Under the pieces are notes generated by a model. It saw only the letters and a list, made by a program, of their open reading frames with translations. It ran no database searches and was not told the origin of the DNA. From Octopus vulgaris (taxonomy: Eukaryota): a stretch of 64,000 bases of DNA. The stretch spans positions 21,204,001-21,268,000 of the forward strand of contig OX597827.1 of assembly GCA_951406725.2 (NCBI GenBank), written 5' to 3'. The stretch's first letter is position 1; each line of letters starts with the position of its first letter. Both the position numbers and the translations under genes were made by a program. Below, in pieces: positions 38,326-51,816 of this stretch.

Positions 38326-39410
38326 ATCTGCATCCCGCCTCAATAGATGCGGCGAACCGGCCAGGAGATCTGCGAGCTTCTCCCCATGCTCCAGTCCGCC
38401 TCTCCTCCCGAATAGCTGAGCGAAATGATCGTGAAACACCTTGCACATCTCCTTGGGTTCATTTACTGATCGACCATGTGGGTCTGTCAAAGATCAAATG
38501 GTTGAGCTGTTGCCATGCTGGCTCTCTACCACCCGGGCCCATCTGGCCGTGTTGATCCCTTCCTATCTCATTGCACGGATCTTAGCCCTGACAATGCACC
38601 CTTCGTATTTAGCTTTGAGATGTTGGTCGAGTGCCAACCTCGCCACTAACACTTTCGATGCACTGGCTGACCTCATTGCCTCGTCTACTGCCTTAACTAG
38701 TTCCTTTTCTACTTTGTTTCTAGCACTAGCTAATTCTTTGCTAAACCTAATTGACTCAAATTTGATGGCTCTTTTCAGGGCGTACCACCATTTGTTGTTG
38801 ATAATGGATCCGCTTAACACCCTCGTTACTAACTGTCTAATCCGCTTCCTGTAGGCTTCACAGTCCAATAGTGACTTGTTTAGCTTCCAGTAACCGGTAC
38901 CTCGTCTGCACATGCTATCTGGGTCGAGTGTACAGGTCACTAATTGGTGATCGCTGTAGCTGACGATATAGTGTTGTGGACAGCTAAGTATTTTCTTATC
39001 TTTCCTTCTAGTAATGATTCTATCTATATAAGATCTGGACGACCCATCGTTTCTTGCCCAGGTCCACGCTGGAGTGTCTAGGTGGTCCAGTCTGAATCGA
39101 TCTGCCAACTCGAAACGACTTAGCAGATCGTTGAGGTAAGGGAATCCCCTCCTATTCTTTCTCGAGCCAACATAATCTACACATGCATCGCAAATTGTGT
39201 TGAAGTCACCTACAAATACTAACGTGTTCAACGTGCTGAGAAAATTCTCTAGGATTTTGAAGTAATCTTTCTGTCCAGCTTTTTCTTCGCAGGGAGCATA
39301 GACAGCGACCAGCCTGAACACTTTACCACTGCTGTGTGTCACATCCAAAACGACCAACCTGCCTTCTGGATCTATAAAGATAGTTCTAATCTCTAAATCC
39401 AGGCTTATCC
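38320..39410 (-). mobile_element. Inverted Tx1-like ORF2 fragment (APE endonuclease and linker)
   Basis: 294-aa ORF with GRLVVLD, VAVYAP, VGDFN, SYIDRI, SDHQLV and GYWKLNKSLL. Ends at (GA)n 39412-39430. Confidence 0.92.
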
Positions 39411-40044
39411 TGAGAGAGAGAGAGAGAGAGCATTGTATTGTTCTCATGGCTGTTAATAAAGAATGAAGGATTTAGTGTGGAAAGGTAGACGGGAATGGTA
39501 TAACAGAAACCCTGGGAATGGGTTGCACAAAAAGGGTTACCAGATTGTTTTTTTTTTAAACCACAGTTCAGGAATTCAGCTTTATTTTTCAGTTGCTTGG
39601 CTTCATGAAATCTGCTTGGCTTTCTTATCTTTTTCAAGCTCTTCTCCTTATCACCTGGGTGCTGTACTACATCATGAGCGAGCTGCAGCACACAAGACTT
39701 TCGGAATGGTTTGCCTGAACAAAACATTTCTTTGAATTTTCTTTGTAGTGCAGCCAGCCTTATGATAAGCCATGTCCCATGTGGTGATTGGTTTTTCATA
39801 TTTAAATCATAAAGTATTCAAGTCATATCGTTCATGCATGAAAAATAAAAACCATAATTCTTTCTGTTATCATTTCCACTGTCAGAATGATCATAGCTTC
39901 ACCCTTCCCCCAAACACATTTCCTCTTTTCACTAAACCATAAAAAAAAACAAAGAAAAAAATACACATTTCTCATACACCATAAAAAGTTAAGTTTGACA
40001 TTTGACCAGATGGAACCAAAGCTGTTGACATATAAATTTTTTTT

Positions 40045-40523
40045 TATTGCCCACAAGGGGCTAAACATAGAGGGGACAAACAAGGACAGACAAAGGGATT
40101 AAGTCGATTACATCGACCCCAGTGAGTATCTGGCACTTATATATATATATATCATCATCATCATCGTCTAACATCCCTTTTCCATGCTGGCATGTTTGGA
40201 CGGTTCGACCGGGATCTGGGAAGCCAGGAGGCTGTAACCAGGCCCCAATCTGATATATATATACACACACAAACACACACATATACGTAAAAAGCAGCCA
40301 CTACACTCTCAGAGTGGTTGGCATTAGGAAGGGCATCCAGCTGTATAAACATAGCCAGATCAGATTGGAGCCTGGTGCAGTTGCTGGCTCTTCAGACCTC
40401 AGTCAAACCGTCCAACCCATACCAGCATGGAAAACGGACGTTAATAGATGATAATAATGATATATAAACTTAGATAAACTTAGATATGTTTCGACCAAAG
40501 ATTGGTCCAGGCCATGTCTAACT

Positions 40524-40577
<54 letters not shown>

Positions 40578-41280
40578 ACATACATCATCATCATCATCAT
40601 CATCATCGTTTAACGTCCGTTTTCCGTGCTAGCACGGGTTGGACGGTTCGACCGGGGTCTGGGGAGCCAGGGGCTGCCCCAGGCTCCAGTCTGGTCTGGC
40701 AGTGTTTCTACAGCTGGATGCCCTTCCTAACGCCAACCACTCCACGAGTGTAGTGGGTGCTTTTTACGTGCTACCTGCACAGGTGCCAGAGGGGTCTGGC
40801 ATCGGCCACGATCGGTTGGTGCTTTTTTATGTGCTACCGGCACAGAAGCCAGTCATATATATATCATCATCATCATCATCGTTTAACGTCCGTTCTCCAT
40901 GCTAGTATGGGTTGGACGGTTCGACCGGGTATCTGGGAAGCCAGAAGGCTGCACCAGGCTCCAGTCTTATCTGGCAATGTTTCTACAGCTGGATGCCCTT
41001 CCTAACGCCAACCACTCCATGAGTGTAGTGCTTTTTACGTGCCACCTGCACAGGTGCCAGGTGAGGCTGGCAATGGCCACGGTCAGATTGGTGCATTTTA
41101 CGTGCCACCGGCACTGGCTTCGGCCACGATTCCGATGGTGCTTTTTACGTGCCACCGGCACGGAAGCCAGTCGAGGCGGCGCTGGCATCGGCCACGATTC
41201 GGATAGTGCTTTTTACGTACCACCAGTCCAGGGGTCCTGGCATCTGCCGGGTGCCAGTCTTAGGATTGGTTCACCTGTGT
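40045..41280. mobile_element. SINE A tail plus several RTE 3'-end copies with tandem modules
   Basis: Repeated CATCATCGTTTAACGTCCG tails and GTGCTTTTTACGTGCCACC modules. Confidence 0.75.
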
Positions 41281-42334
41281 AAGGCAGCTGCTTAATGAGC
41301 AGAAGCCATGCCGAGAGTCGTGGAACAAGTCTTCTAGAAACATGTTCAGCTTTCTCCTGAAAACTCATTCCATCACTTTAGTGGCATGTAAAGTTAGAGA
41401 GATAGGCCTATAATTCTTAGCAGCTGCTCTGCATTCTTCTTTAAGAATTGGACAAAATATACCCTCCTTGGATTTTTTGGGAAGTCTCTCATTTGTATGG
41501 AAACTTTGAAAGAGGATCTGTATTGGTCTTGCCCCTTTGCATTTCTATAGGAGGATTGCTGGGAATCTATCAGAACCTTTGGCTGAGTCTAAGTTCATTT
41601 CATCAGTGGCTGATATCACATTAGTTTCTTTTATTCCAATGTAATTGTTAGCAGTCGTTCCTTCATGTAGAACAGTGGAGTCAAAAGACTTCTTTAGCAC
41701 CGCAGCTCTACATATATATTTGAAAGTTTCATAGTGATGGTATGAAAACATTTTTTATCATCTTTTAGGGGTCTGCAGTCAGTCAGCCATTTTCTTTGAA
41801 CAGTGGCCCTATCTTATACCACACTGAAGCAGACCCTTTTGCAAATCTATAGAAGGCTTTAGGATTCATCATTACAATTTTACACAACCCTGGCTTCTTT
41901 TTCTGTTCTCACCTTTTTATGAGAATGTTTGAGTTCACTTGTTTTAGATCAGATTCCTCACTATCATTTAGAGACCTGTTTCGGTGATTTGAGATCTTTG
42001 CTCATCATCTTCTTAAAATTTTCCTATCCCTGGCAATAACGTTTTATTTTGTTTTTTAATCAGTTTGACAATTCTTTCTGGTAGAAACCTACTGCACAGT
42101 TCAGACATGATTGTCATAAAGTGTTGCAGCTTTATGCCAATATCCTGCAGAAAGAGTCTGACAGATTTGTTTTGTTGCAGGTCTTCTTTCAGAATACCTT
42201 TCCAATAAGATTTATGGAAGTTTAGGCTGGAAGGGAGTTAAATGCCTCTAGTAAACTGCTTGTCAGTAGTTTTGCTCAGATCATACATTGTTAGTTCTGT
42301 TAAGTTAAGGTCTGAGAAATATCATTAGTATCTC

Positions 42335-42746
42335 TCTCTTTACTCTTTACTTGTTTCAGTCATTTGACTGCGGCCATGCTGGAACACCGCCTTTAGTCGA
42401 ATCAAATTGACCCCAGGACTTATTCTTTGTAAGCCTAGTACTTACTCTACCAGTCTCTTCTGCCGAACCGCTAAGTTACGAGGACCTAAACACACCAACA
42501 TCAGTTGTCAAGCGATGTTGGGGGAGGGACAAACACAGATACACAACATATACACATACGTACATACATACACACATATGTACGACGGGCTTCTTTCAGT
42601 TTCCGTCTACCAAATCCACTCACGACGCTTTGGTCGGCCTGAGACTATAGTAGAAAACACTTGCCCAAGGTGCCACGCAGTGGGACTGAACCCGGAACCA
42701 TGTGGTTGGTAAGCAAGCTACTTACCACACTGCCACTCCTGCGCCT
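42335..42746 (-). mobile_element. SINE family B
   Basis: Full-length reverse copy. Confidence 0.88.
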
Positions 42747-43046
42747 AAACATTATAGGTAAGCACAGAATTATTTGTGATGTAGAGGTCCAGGACATTTT
42801 TACCCATTGTTGGATGGAGTACTATTTTCTCCGTCAATAGCATTTTTGTAAGGTCAAGCAGAAACTCTGCTTACTCCTGCTCATGTAGTGACATACCTGA
42901 GAGGAGACGGCTCTCAGGGAGTTTGAAGCCCACTAGAAATATGTGAAGGCTGTCATCTCTTCTATCTTTTTTAAGGCTCTCTTTGAATGTGTCCCCATGG
43001 TTTGGGGCACCTGGTGGGTGATATATTGTACATATTACCATTTTTG

Positions 43047-43213
43047 AGTGGCTGTGTGGTAAGTTGCTTGCTTACGAACCACATGGTTCCGGGTTCAGTC
43101 CCACTGTGTGGCACCTTGGGCAAGTGCTTTCTACTATAGCCTCGGGCCGACCAAAGCCTTGTGAGTGGATTTGGTAGACGGAAACTGAAAGAAGCCTGTC
43201 GTATATATGTATG

Positions 43214-43260
<47 letters not shown>

Positions 43261-43518
43261 ATATGTTTGTGTCTGTCCCTCCAACATCGCTTGACAACCG
43301 ATGCTGATGTGTTTACGTCCCCGTAACTTAGCGGTTCGGTAAAAGGAGTCCAATAGAATAAGTACTAGGCTTACAAAGAATAAGTCCTGCGGTTGATTTG
43401 TTCAACTAAAGGCAATGCTCCAGCATGGCCACAGTCAAATGATTTGCTCGACTAAAGGAGGTGCTCCAGCATGGCCGCAGTCAAAAGACTGAAACAAGTA
43501 AAAGAGTAAAGAGAGAGT
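43047..43518 (+). mobile_element. SINE family B with duplicated 3' segment
   Basis: GATTTG.TC.ACTAAAGG...CAGTCAAA occurs twice (43395-43490). Confidence 0.85.
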
Positions 43519-44354
43519 AACAATGAGGCACAGACTGAGTTTGAGTGTGGCAGCAGGATAAAAGGACATGGCATCTTCTTGGATGTACATGACAGCTTTG
43601 CCATGAGTACTTTCTCTCCTATCATTTCAAAATACAACGTATTTCAATGTACGTATTTCAGTAGTTTGAGTGCCCAGTGATTGGTCAATAGACATTGAAG
43701 CTATGGTCCACAAAGCAGAGGTGCTAATGTCCAACAAAAGTAAAAGCAGCAGCAACGAAGAGACATCTACATAGAATGGAGGGCTCCTCTAAGGTCAGGC
43801 TAGATAACCACGAGAGAGGCACAACATTACACTAGCCAGCTCTATATGGTAGTTGTAAGGGAAAGGGATACTTTATAAAATTAATTGAAAACTACTGGAA
43901 CAGCCTGGGTCATACCTTTGTGGATTCTGGTAGTGCTAACTTTGCTGACCCGTGAGGAAAATATTCCTTAAAAATTCCAATGACCAGGGTGTCTTCTTGA
44001 TATCAAAAAGTAAGATTTGTAGTCACCGTTCTCCTGATTAGAAATTCATTTTGGAACATTATCTTCCCCTTTTGTTGACAAGAGAAGAGGAAAAAAATAT
44101 ACATAAGCAAAGCGAACATCATCGCTGGAAACTTACAATGGGAGGCAACTCTTCTTTTCCATCTCAGAGATTTTTCTGTTCCAAATTTTGTCACCACTAA
44201 GCTAACAGAGACTGTATCTTTACGTCCAGCTTTAAAGATGTTATGCGCTTTTGGCCAGCACAAGTCTGATGAGTTGTTTCTACTGCCAAGTGCAGTAGTA
44301 GACACGAAACCAATGGTAACTTTCTGATTGGTTTTATGCCGTAACCATGAATAT

Positions 44355-44745
44355 AGGCACAGGCGTGGCTGTGTGGTAAGAATCTTGCTTCCCAACCACA
44401 TGATTCCGCTTTCAGTCCCTCTGCAGGGCATTTTGTGCAAGTGTCTTCTACTATAGCCTCAGACTGATCAAAGTCTTGTGAGTGGATTTGGTAGATGGAA
44501 ACTGAAAGAAGCCTGTTGTATATATATATATATATTTGCATGTCTGTGTTTGACCCCCCCCTACCACCATTGCTTGACAACTGATGTTGGTGTGATTACA
44601 TGTAACTTAGCAGTTTGGCAAAAGAGACCGATAGAATAAGTACTAGGCTTACAAAGAATAAGTCCTGCGGTTGATTTGTTCAACTAAAAGCAATGCTCCA
44701 GCATGGCCACAGTCAAATGACTGAAACAGGTAAAAGAAAAGAATA
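44355..44745 (+). mobile_element. SINE family B
   Basis: Matches the family consensus. Confidence 0.85.
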
Positions 44746-45619
44746 AATAGTACTCAACAATATAAAAGTAAATGTATGTATATCTATATAAGCTTGTATG
44801 TGTGTGTGCATGTGTGTCACTTTATATAAAATATGAATTTCATTTAGGTTTTATTCTCAGAGTTTGCTTTATTAAGCCAGCCCATGGCTAACACCTATCA
44901 GATATAAAAGTGTAAAATGGAAATAGATAGCTTTACTGATGATATATCTAAAAAACTATAAAGTTTGTGTAATTATTAACAAAGAGAATAGAGTGAAAAA
45001 CTGGTTTTACTGTATAATTTTACAATTGTTTCATCAAAATTTTATAAGATTATTGTTATATTATTACTATATAATGCACGTAACAATGCATTGCAAAAAT
45101 ATAAACTCATCAGGATTTTGTACAACATCCATTTGCTGGATGAACTGTATGTTCGAGATTATATATATATCCAAGACGTTCTTTATAAGGTGAATTCTGC
45201 AATAAAGATGTGATTTCCTCTATATATATTCTTTAATATCAAATACTCTGGATTTCCTGAAATTCTTCTATATAGTATTTGGATCGACTTGTTAACATGA
45301 GGATTTACCTTGGATGTGTATTCTACTTACATTTACTGGTGTCTGATTGTTGAATATTGTTAACCAAATTGTTTTTAACTGATTGCTTTATTGATATCTG
45401 TCTGGATTTTTTAATCCCTTTTTTCTTCTAGCTATATATATATATATGCTTTTGGTCAGCACAAGTCTGATGAGTTGTCTCTACTGCCAAGTGCAGTAGT
45501 AGACATGAAACCAATATATATATATACCCATGCTAGCATGGAAAACGGATGTTAATCGATGATGATGATGATGATGATATATATATGTATGTATGTATAT
45601 AGATACAGATATATATAAT

Positions 45620-46640
45620 CATCATCATCATCATTATCATCATTTAACGTCCGCTGTCCATGCTAGCATGGGTTTGACGGTTTGACTGAGGACTGGCAAG
45701 CCAAAAGGCTGTACCAGGCTCCAATCTGATCTAGCAAGGTTTCTACAGCTGGATGCCCTTCCTAATGCCAACCACTCTGAGAGTATAGTGGGTGCTATTT
45801 ACATGCCACTGGCATGGGAGCCAGTCAGGCAGTATTGGCATCGGCCACGACAATGATTTCACTTGACTCAACAGGTCTTCTCAAACACAGCATATTGCCC
45901 AATGATTGAAAGGTACTCTTAAATGGGCCAGTTATGCTACACTAGCTACGGTTTTACTTGGCTTGCCGGGTCTTCTCAAGCACTGCACATCTCCAAAAGT
46001 TTCAGTTGCTTGTCATTGCCTCCATGATGCCCAACGTTCAAAGGTCATGCTTCACTACCTCATCCCAGGTCTTCCCGGGTCTACCTCTTCCACAGATTCC
46101 CTCCACCATTCGAGTGTGACACTTCTTCACACAGCTGTCCTCATTCATATGCAATACCTGACCATACCAGCACAGTCATCTCTCTTGCACACCACATCTG
46201 ATGCTTTTTATGTCCAACTTTTCTCTCAGGACACTTACACTCTGTCGTGCATGCACACTGATATTACACATCCAGCGGAGCATATCAGCTTCATTTCTTT
46301 CAAGCCTACACATGTCCTCAGCAGTCACAGCCCATGTTTCACTGCTGTGTAGTATGATTGTTTGCACACATGCATCATACAGTCTACCTTTCACTCTGAG
46401 TGAGAGGCCTTTTGTTACTAGCAGAGGTAGGAGCTCTCTGAACTTTGCCCAGGCTCTTCTCATTCTAGTAGCTATGTACTCAGAGCATCCACCCCCACTA
46501 CTGACTTGGTCACCTTGGTAACGGAAGCTATCAACTACCTCTAGTTTTCCCCCCTGGCATGTGACGGAAGGTGTTTTCTGCACATTTTCAGTGTTTGTTG
46601 CTCCTGAGCATTTTCCACACACAAAAACTATCTTTCCAGT
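45620..46640 (-). mobile_element. RTE LINE 3' portion
   Basis: 148-aa ORF CGKCSG...LEVVDSFRYQGDQVSSGGGCSE...AWAKFRELLPLL...HSSETWA, with a (GAT)n tail. Confidence 0.9.
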
Positions 46641-46699
46641 AAGCCAATGCCTTTTCTACTGATTGAGCAGGGGGGCCATATATATATATATATATATAT

Positions 46700-48256
46700 A
46701 TAATGAGTATAGTGAAGAATTCCGGGTAGAAGTAGGGGTCCACCAAGGTTCAGCCCTCAGTCCCCTTCTATTCATCATAGTCCTCCAGGCAATAACAGAG
46801 GAATTCAAACGGGTGGCCCCTGGGAGCTCCTCTATGCTGATGACCTGGCCCTAATAGCAGAATTACTACTGGAACTAGAAAAATAAATTTCAGGTGTGGA
46901 AGCTAGGTTTAGAATCATAAGGCCTTAGAGTAAATGTAGCAAAGATCAAAATTATAGTAAGAAGGAAGGCGAACTCATCACACACACCCTCAGGTAGGTG
47001 GCCCTGCTTGATCTGTAGAAAAGTGTAGGTAGAAACAATATAAGATGTACCCAGTGTAAGCTATGGACACATAAGAGGTGCAGCAATATCAAAGGAAAAT
47101 TAACCGAGAAGATAGCTTTCGTGTGCAGCAGATGCTCTGGGGCAATAGACACCACAGATACTCAGAAAACAGATTCCATCACACACCAGGGGAAGAAACT
47201 AGAAGTAGCTGATAGTTTCCGCTACCTAGGTGACCAAGTTAGTAGTGGAGGTGGATGCTCAGAGTGTCACCACTAGAATACGAATAGCCTGGGCAAAGTT
47301 TAGAAAACTTCTTCCCCTACTGGCGACAAAGGGTCTCTCGCTCAGAGTGAAAGGTAGATTGTACAACATATGTGTGCGAACTGCCATGCTTCATGGCAGT
47401 GAAACATGAGTTGTGACTGCAGAGGACATGCGTAGGCTTGAAAGAAATGAAGCTAGCATGATCCACTGGATGTGTAATGTCAGTGTGCTCATACGACAGA
47501 GTGTAAGCACCATGAGAGAAATGCTGGACTTAAGAAGCATCGGATGTGGTGTGCAAGAGAGGCGTTTGTGCTGGTATGGTCATGTACTATGGATAGATGA
47601 GGAGAGATGTGTGAAGAAGTACCACTCCCAAACCGTTGAAGGTATCCGGGGTAGAGGTAGACCCAGGAAGACATGGGATGAGATGGTCAAGCATGACCTT
47701 TGAATGTTGGGCCTGACAGAGGCAGTGACGAAAGACCAAGATCTCTGGAGATATGCTGTGACTGCAAAGACCCAACAAATAATATGAGTTCATGGCTGTT
47801 TCCTGCACCAGTTTCGCATAGCCCCAACCCACCCAAAGTACCTTGGATTGCAGAATAACCTGCTGTGCTTACCTTGGATCGTAGGGTGACCTGCTGTGAT
47901 TGAGGAGACCTATTGAGTGAAGTACATCAACATCAAAAGGAAATTGTACTTGTGGTACCTGAGACAGTGGCATGTAAAAAGCACCATCCGAACATGATTG
48001 ATGCCAGTGCCGCTTTGACTGGCTTCTGTGCTGGTGGCACGTAAATAGCACCAACCAATCATGGCCGCTGGCAGCCTCCACTGGCACGTAAAGAGCACCC
48101 ACTACACTCACGGAGTGGTTGGCGTTAGTAAGGGCATCCAGCTGTAGAAACATTGCCAGATCAGACTGGAGCCTGGTGCAGCCTCCTAGCTTCCCAGACC
48201 CCAGTTGAACCGTCCAACCCATGCTTGCACGGAAAACGGACGTTAAACGATGATGA
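46700..48256 (+). mobile_element. RTE LINE 3' portion (RT motif 4 to tail)
   Basis: VGVHQGSALSPLLF, LLYADDLALIA, PHD-like finger, GRGRPRKTW and a (GAT)n tail. Confidence 0.92.
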
Positions 48257-48317
48257 TATATATATATACATACATATATACAAAGAGACCCTTTGTCACC
48301 AGTAGGGGTAGATGTTC

Positions 48318-48318
48318 T

Positions 48319-48375
<57 letters not shown>

Positions 48376-48618
48376 CATACATATATATATATACATACAT
48401 ACATATATATATACATACATACATATATATACATACATACATATATATATACATACATACATATATACATACATACATACATATATACATACATACATAT
48501 ATACATACATATATACATACATACATACATATATATATATATATACATATATACATACATATATACATACATATATACATACATATATATATATATATAT
48601 ACATATATACATACATAT

Positions 48619-48661
<43 letters not shown>

Positions 48662-48672
48662 TATGTGTGTGT
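48318..48672. repeat. Compound (TA)n/(TACA)n microsatellite
   Basis: Seen directly. Source of the spurious Y/I/M/H ORFs. Confidence 0.95.
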
Positions 48673-49048
48673 GGGAGGTGCAATGGCCCAATGATTAGGG
48701 CAGTGGTCTCACGGTCACAGGATCACGGTTTCGATTTCCAGACCAGGCGTTGCGAGTGTTTATTGAGCAAAAACACCTAAAGCTCTGCAAAGCTCTTGCA
48801 GGGGGTGGTGGTGAACCCTTCTGTACTCTTTCACCACAACTTTCTCTGACTCTTTCTTCCCGTTTCTGTTGTACCGGTATTTCAAAGGGCCAGCCTTGTC
48901 ACTTTGTGTCACACTGAATCTCCCTGAGAACCACGTGGAGGATACATGTCTGTGGAGTGCTCAGCCACATGCATGTTAATTTCACGAGTAGGCTGTTCCG
49001 TTGATCAGATCAACTGGAAACCTGGTTTTCATAATCGATGGAGTGCCC
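48672..49048 (+). mobile_element. tRNA-derived SINE, third family
   Basis: A-box-like TGGCCCAATGATTAG and B-box-like GGTTTCGATTTCC, followed by ~300 bp of non-tRNA body. Confidence 0.65.
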
Positions 49049-50084
49049 AAGGGCCCCTTCCAAACCACATGATCTTAGATTCAGTTTTACAGTGTGACAC
49101 CCTAAGCAAATGTCTCTTACTATAGTCCCAGGTTGACCAATGCCTTGTTGTTAGAATTGCTAGTTGGAAACTGAAAGAAGCCTGTTTTGTGTGTATACAT
49201 CATCATTGTTCTAATGTCCACTATTCCATACTTGCATAGGTCAGACAGAATTCCTTGAGACAGATCAGCTATGGCTGGATGCCCTTCCTCTCGTCAACCC
49301 CTACTTGTTTTCTAGCAAGGTAATATTTCCCCATCGTCAGACATATTTTTACAGAATATTCGAAATGAACAACTTCACTCATCTGATGGTGATACTAGTT
49401 TATGACAAACACAGAATGTCAACACAAGACACACACACATAAACACATGTCCACACACATGCATGTGTGTGCGTTTCTGGACATATTGAGTGATGGACAT
49501 ATTGAGTGATCTTTGTAAATAAAAGGGTCACTTTGGCATTGGTTGCTTCCAGTTTTCCACATAAGCATGTCCTGGCTGTTTGTTGTTTGAGAGACTGGGA
49601 GAGTGCTATTACACTTGGAAACAGGTTGGTGACAGAAGGCATCAGCCCATGGAAAACTGTGCCCTAAAGCATTCTTGTCTGACACATGCCAGCATGGAAA
49701 AGTAGATATATTAAAACAATATATATGCACACACACACACACACACAATAAATGAATATGAATGAAGACAATTTTCCATTGTTTCCATAGTAAGGTTACT
49801 TATTTGCTTATGACAAGCGCAGAATGTCAACACAAGACACACACAAAAATGCAAGCCCCCACACGTGCATGTGTGCTTCCTGATATACTGTGTGATCTCT
49901 GTAAAAAGGCTCACTTTGGCGTTGGTCGTTGAATAGTGTACATTATAAAAGAACATAACTGGATCATTTCATCAAATATTGCACAATCACAAGACATATT
50001 GAATATGTGAAAATTTATTTTTATATTTTTCTTTTCACATATACGTATATAGAATAAACTAATTACCCCTTACAAGAAAATATA

Positions 50085-50941
50085 CGAGGTGTAGTCAAAA
50101 AGTATCCAACCTTTGGCCCCCAAAAAACTCACCATTTTGATTTAGTCTCCTTCAAAGTATTTGCCTTGGGAGTCTACACACTTCTGCCAGTATTCCTGCT
50201 ACTGCTGGAAACATTTTTGGAAAACCCTTTTTGGGATGCTGTAGAGCTGTGCTGTTGAATTATGCTTAGCGTCCTCTGTTGACTCAAATCTTCTTCTTCT
50301 GAGTGTTTTTTTGAGTTTTGGGAATAGCCAAAAGTCAGAGAGAGCCAAGTCTGGAGAGTAAGAAGCCTGACAAACGAGTGGTGTGTTTTGCTTGATGAGG
50401 AATACTTGAATGACATGAGTGGAATGAAGTGAACTGACTAAACTGACCCATGGCTGATTTCAACTTCTGCAACAAACTCCTCAATAGTCACACAAGAATC
50501 TTCATAGATTATTCCTCGAACCTTTGCAATGATTTTGTCATTTCTGCTAGTCAATGGTCTGCTACAACAGGGATCACTGTCCACTGAGGTGCGGTCATCT
50601 TTGAACCAGTTGTACCACTCCTTTATTTGTGTTTTTGCCATAGCGTCATCTCCAAAGGCCTTCTGAATCTTCTTGCTAGTCTGGGCTTACGTATCACCAA
50701 ATTTTTGGCAGAATTTGACACAGTATCTTTGCTGAATGCGCTGTCATCTTTACTCTAAAAGAAAAATCACACAGCACACTCAACACATCACTGTGGGTGA
50801 ATGGTGCAACCTACAGACATGAAAATTTTTGCGCATGCTCAGGAAGGACACAGCCACCTATTACCTATGCAGATTTTACTCACACTTTATTATTTTGTAC
50901 AAAAAAAAAATCAAGGTTAGATACTTACTGACTACACCTCA
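50085..50941 (-). mobile_element. Internally deleted mariner transposon
   Basis: TA|CGAGGTGTAGTCAAAAAGTATCCAACCT ... AGGTTAGATACTTACTGACTACACCTCA|TA. HTH region QRYCVKFC...IKEWYNWFKDDRTSVDSDP and C-terminal YSPDLALSDFWLFPKLK; the catalytic middle is missing. Confidence 0.9.
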
Positions 50942-51425
50942 TATATACATATAAAATTTTCAACTGATTTTCAAGCATTTTAAAAGTATATATATAAATG
51001 ACTAGTTAAAAATTAGGCTTCAGAAAAGCAAGCGGCAATATCAACAGTAAGCTCCCCATTCAGAATTGGCTTGTGCAGGAATTAATGTAATGTAATATTT
51101 AACTGAAAATCCAAGAAATCTAAACAAAAAATTTTTCTATGATGAGAAAATAAAGCAAGAAACCAGTAGGTGTGAGATGTAAATATAGATTTTATTTTTC
51201 TATATGACTTCCATATGATTACAGCTGTTTCGTAACATTCATCATGTAATATCATTAAAATCAGTGTGCAAAATTAAATGTACGTTTGCATCCATTTGTG
51301 CTCAGCATTATACAATACAACTGTATATTCACAAATTAACGCAAATAAAGAAAACTCAGTCACTCACCGGGACTCATCAGAGTTACATCTATGACTCAGC
51401 TTCATATTTGAGTGTGTGTGTGCAT

Positions 51426-51816
51426 AGGAGTCGCTGTGTGGTAAGTAGCTTGCTTACCAACCACATGGTTCTGGGTTCAGTCCCACTGTGTGGCACCTTG
51501 GGCAAGTGTCTTCTACTATAGCCTCGGGCCAACCAAAGCCATGTGAGTGGATTTGGTAGACGGAAACTGAAAGAAGCCCGTCGTATATATGTATGTGTGT
51601 GTATGTGTTTGTGTGTCTGTGTTTGTCCCTCCAACATCGCTTGACAACCGATGCTGGTGTGTTAATGTCCCTGTAACTTAGCGGTTCGGCAAAAGAGACC
51701 GATAGAATAAGTACTTGGCTTACAAAGAATAAGTCCTGAGGTCGATTTGCTCGACTAAAGGCAGTGCTCCAGCATGGCCAGTCAAATGACCGACACAAGT
51801 AAAAGAGTAAAGAGTA
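51426..51816 (+). mobile_element. SINE family B
   Basis: Matches the family consensus. Confidence 0.88.

Larger units (their letters stand above)
41290..43990 (-). mobile_element. CR1/Jockey-group LINE ORF2 remnant (endonuclease to RT start), interrupted by two SINEs
   Basis: PTMGKNVLDLYITNN (EN), SAKGSDRFPAILL and CPILKEE..AKNYRPISLTLHATKVM (RT domain start). Confidence 0.75.

Noticed and set aside
41545-41751. SATDEMNLDSAKGSD first looked like a Tc1 FSDExKFNL motif
   Set aside because: It continues into NYRPISLT, so it is the start of a LINE RT.
48672-48750. tRNA-like sequence (also the heads of SINE A and B)
   Set aside because: A/B boxes are present but there is no complete cloverleaf, and the sequence continues into a SINE body.
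47869-48780. Long Y/I/M/H/T ORFs (also at 52752-54011 and 62974-63322)
   Set aside because: Artefacts of (TA)n/(TACA)n microsatellites.
51215-51386. Possible further long-loop hammerhead (GAAACAGCTGTA and CTGATGA on minus; similar near 45000-45115)
   Set aside because: Stems I and II pair poorly, so at best a decayed remnant.
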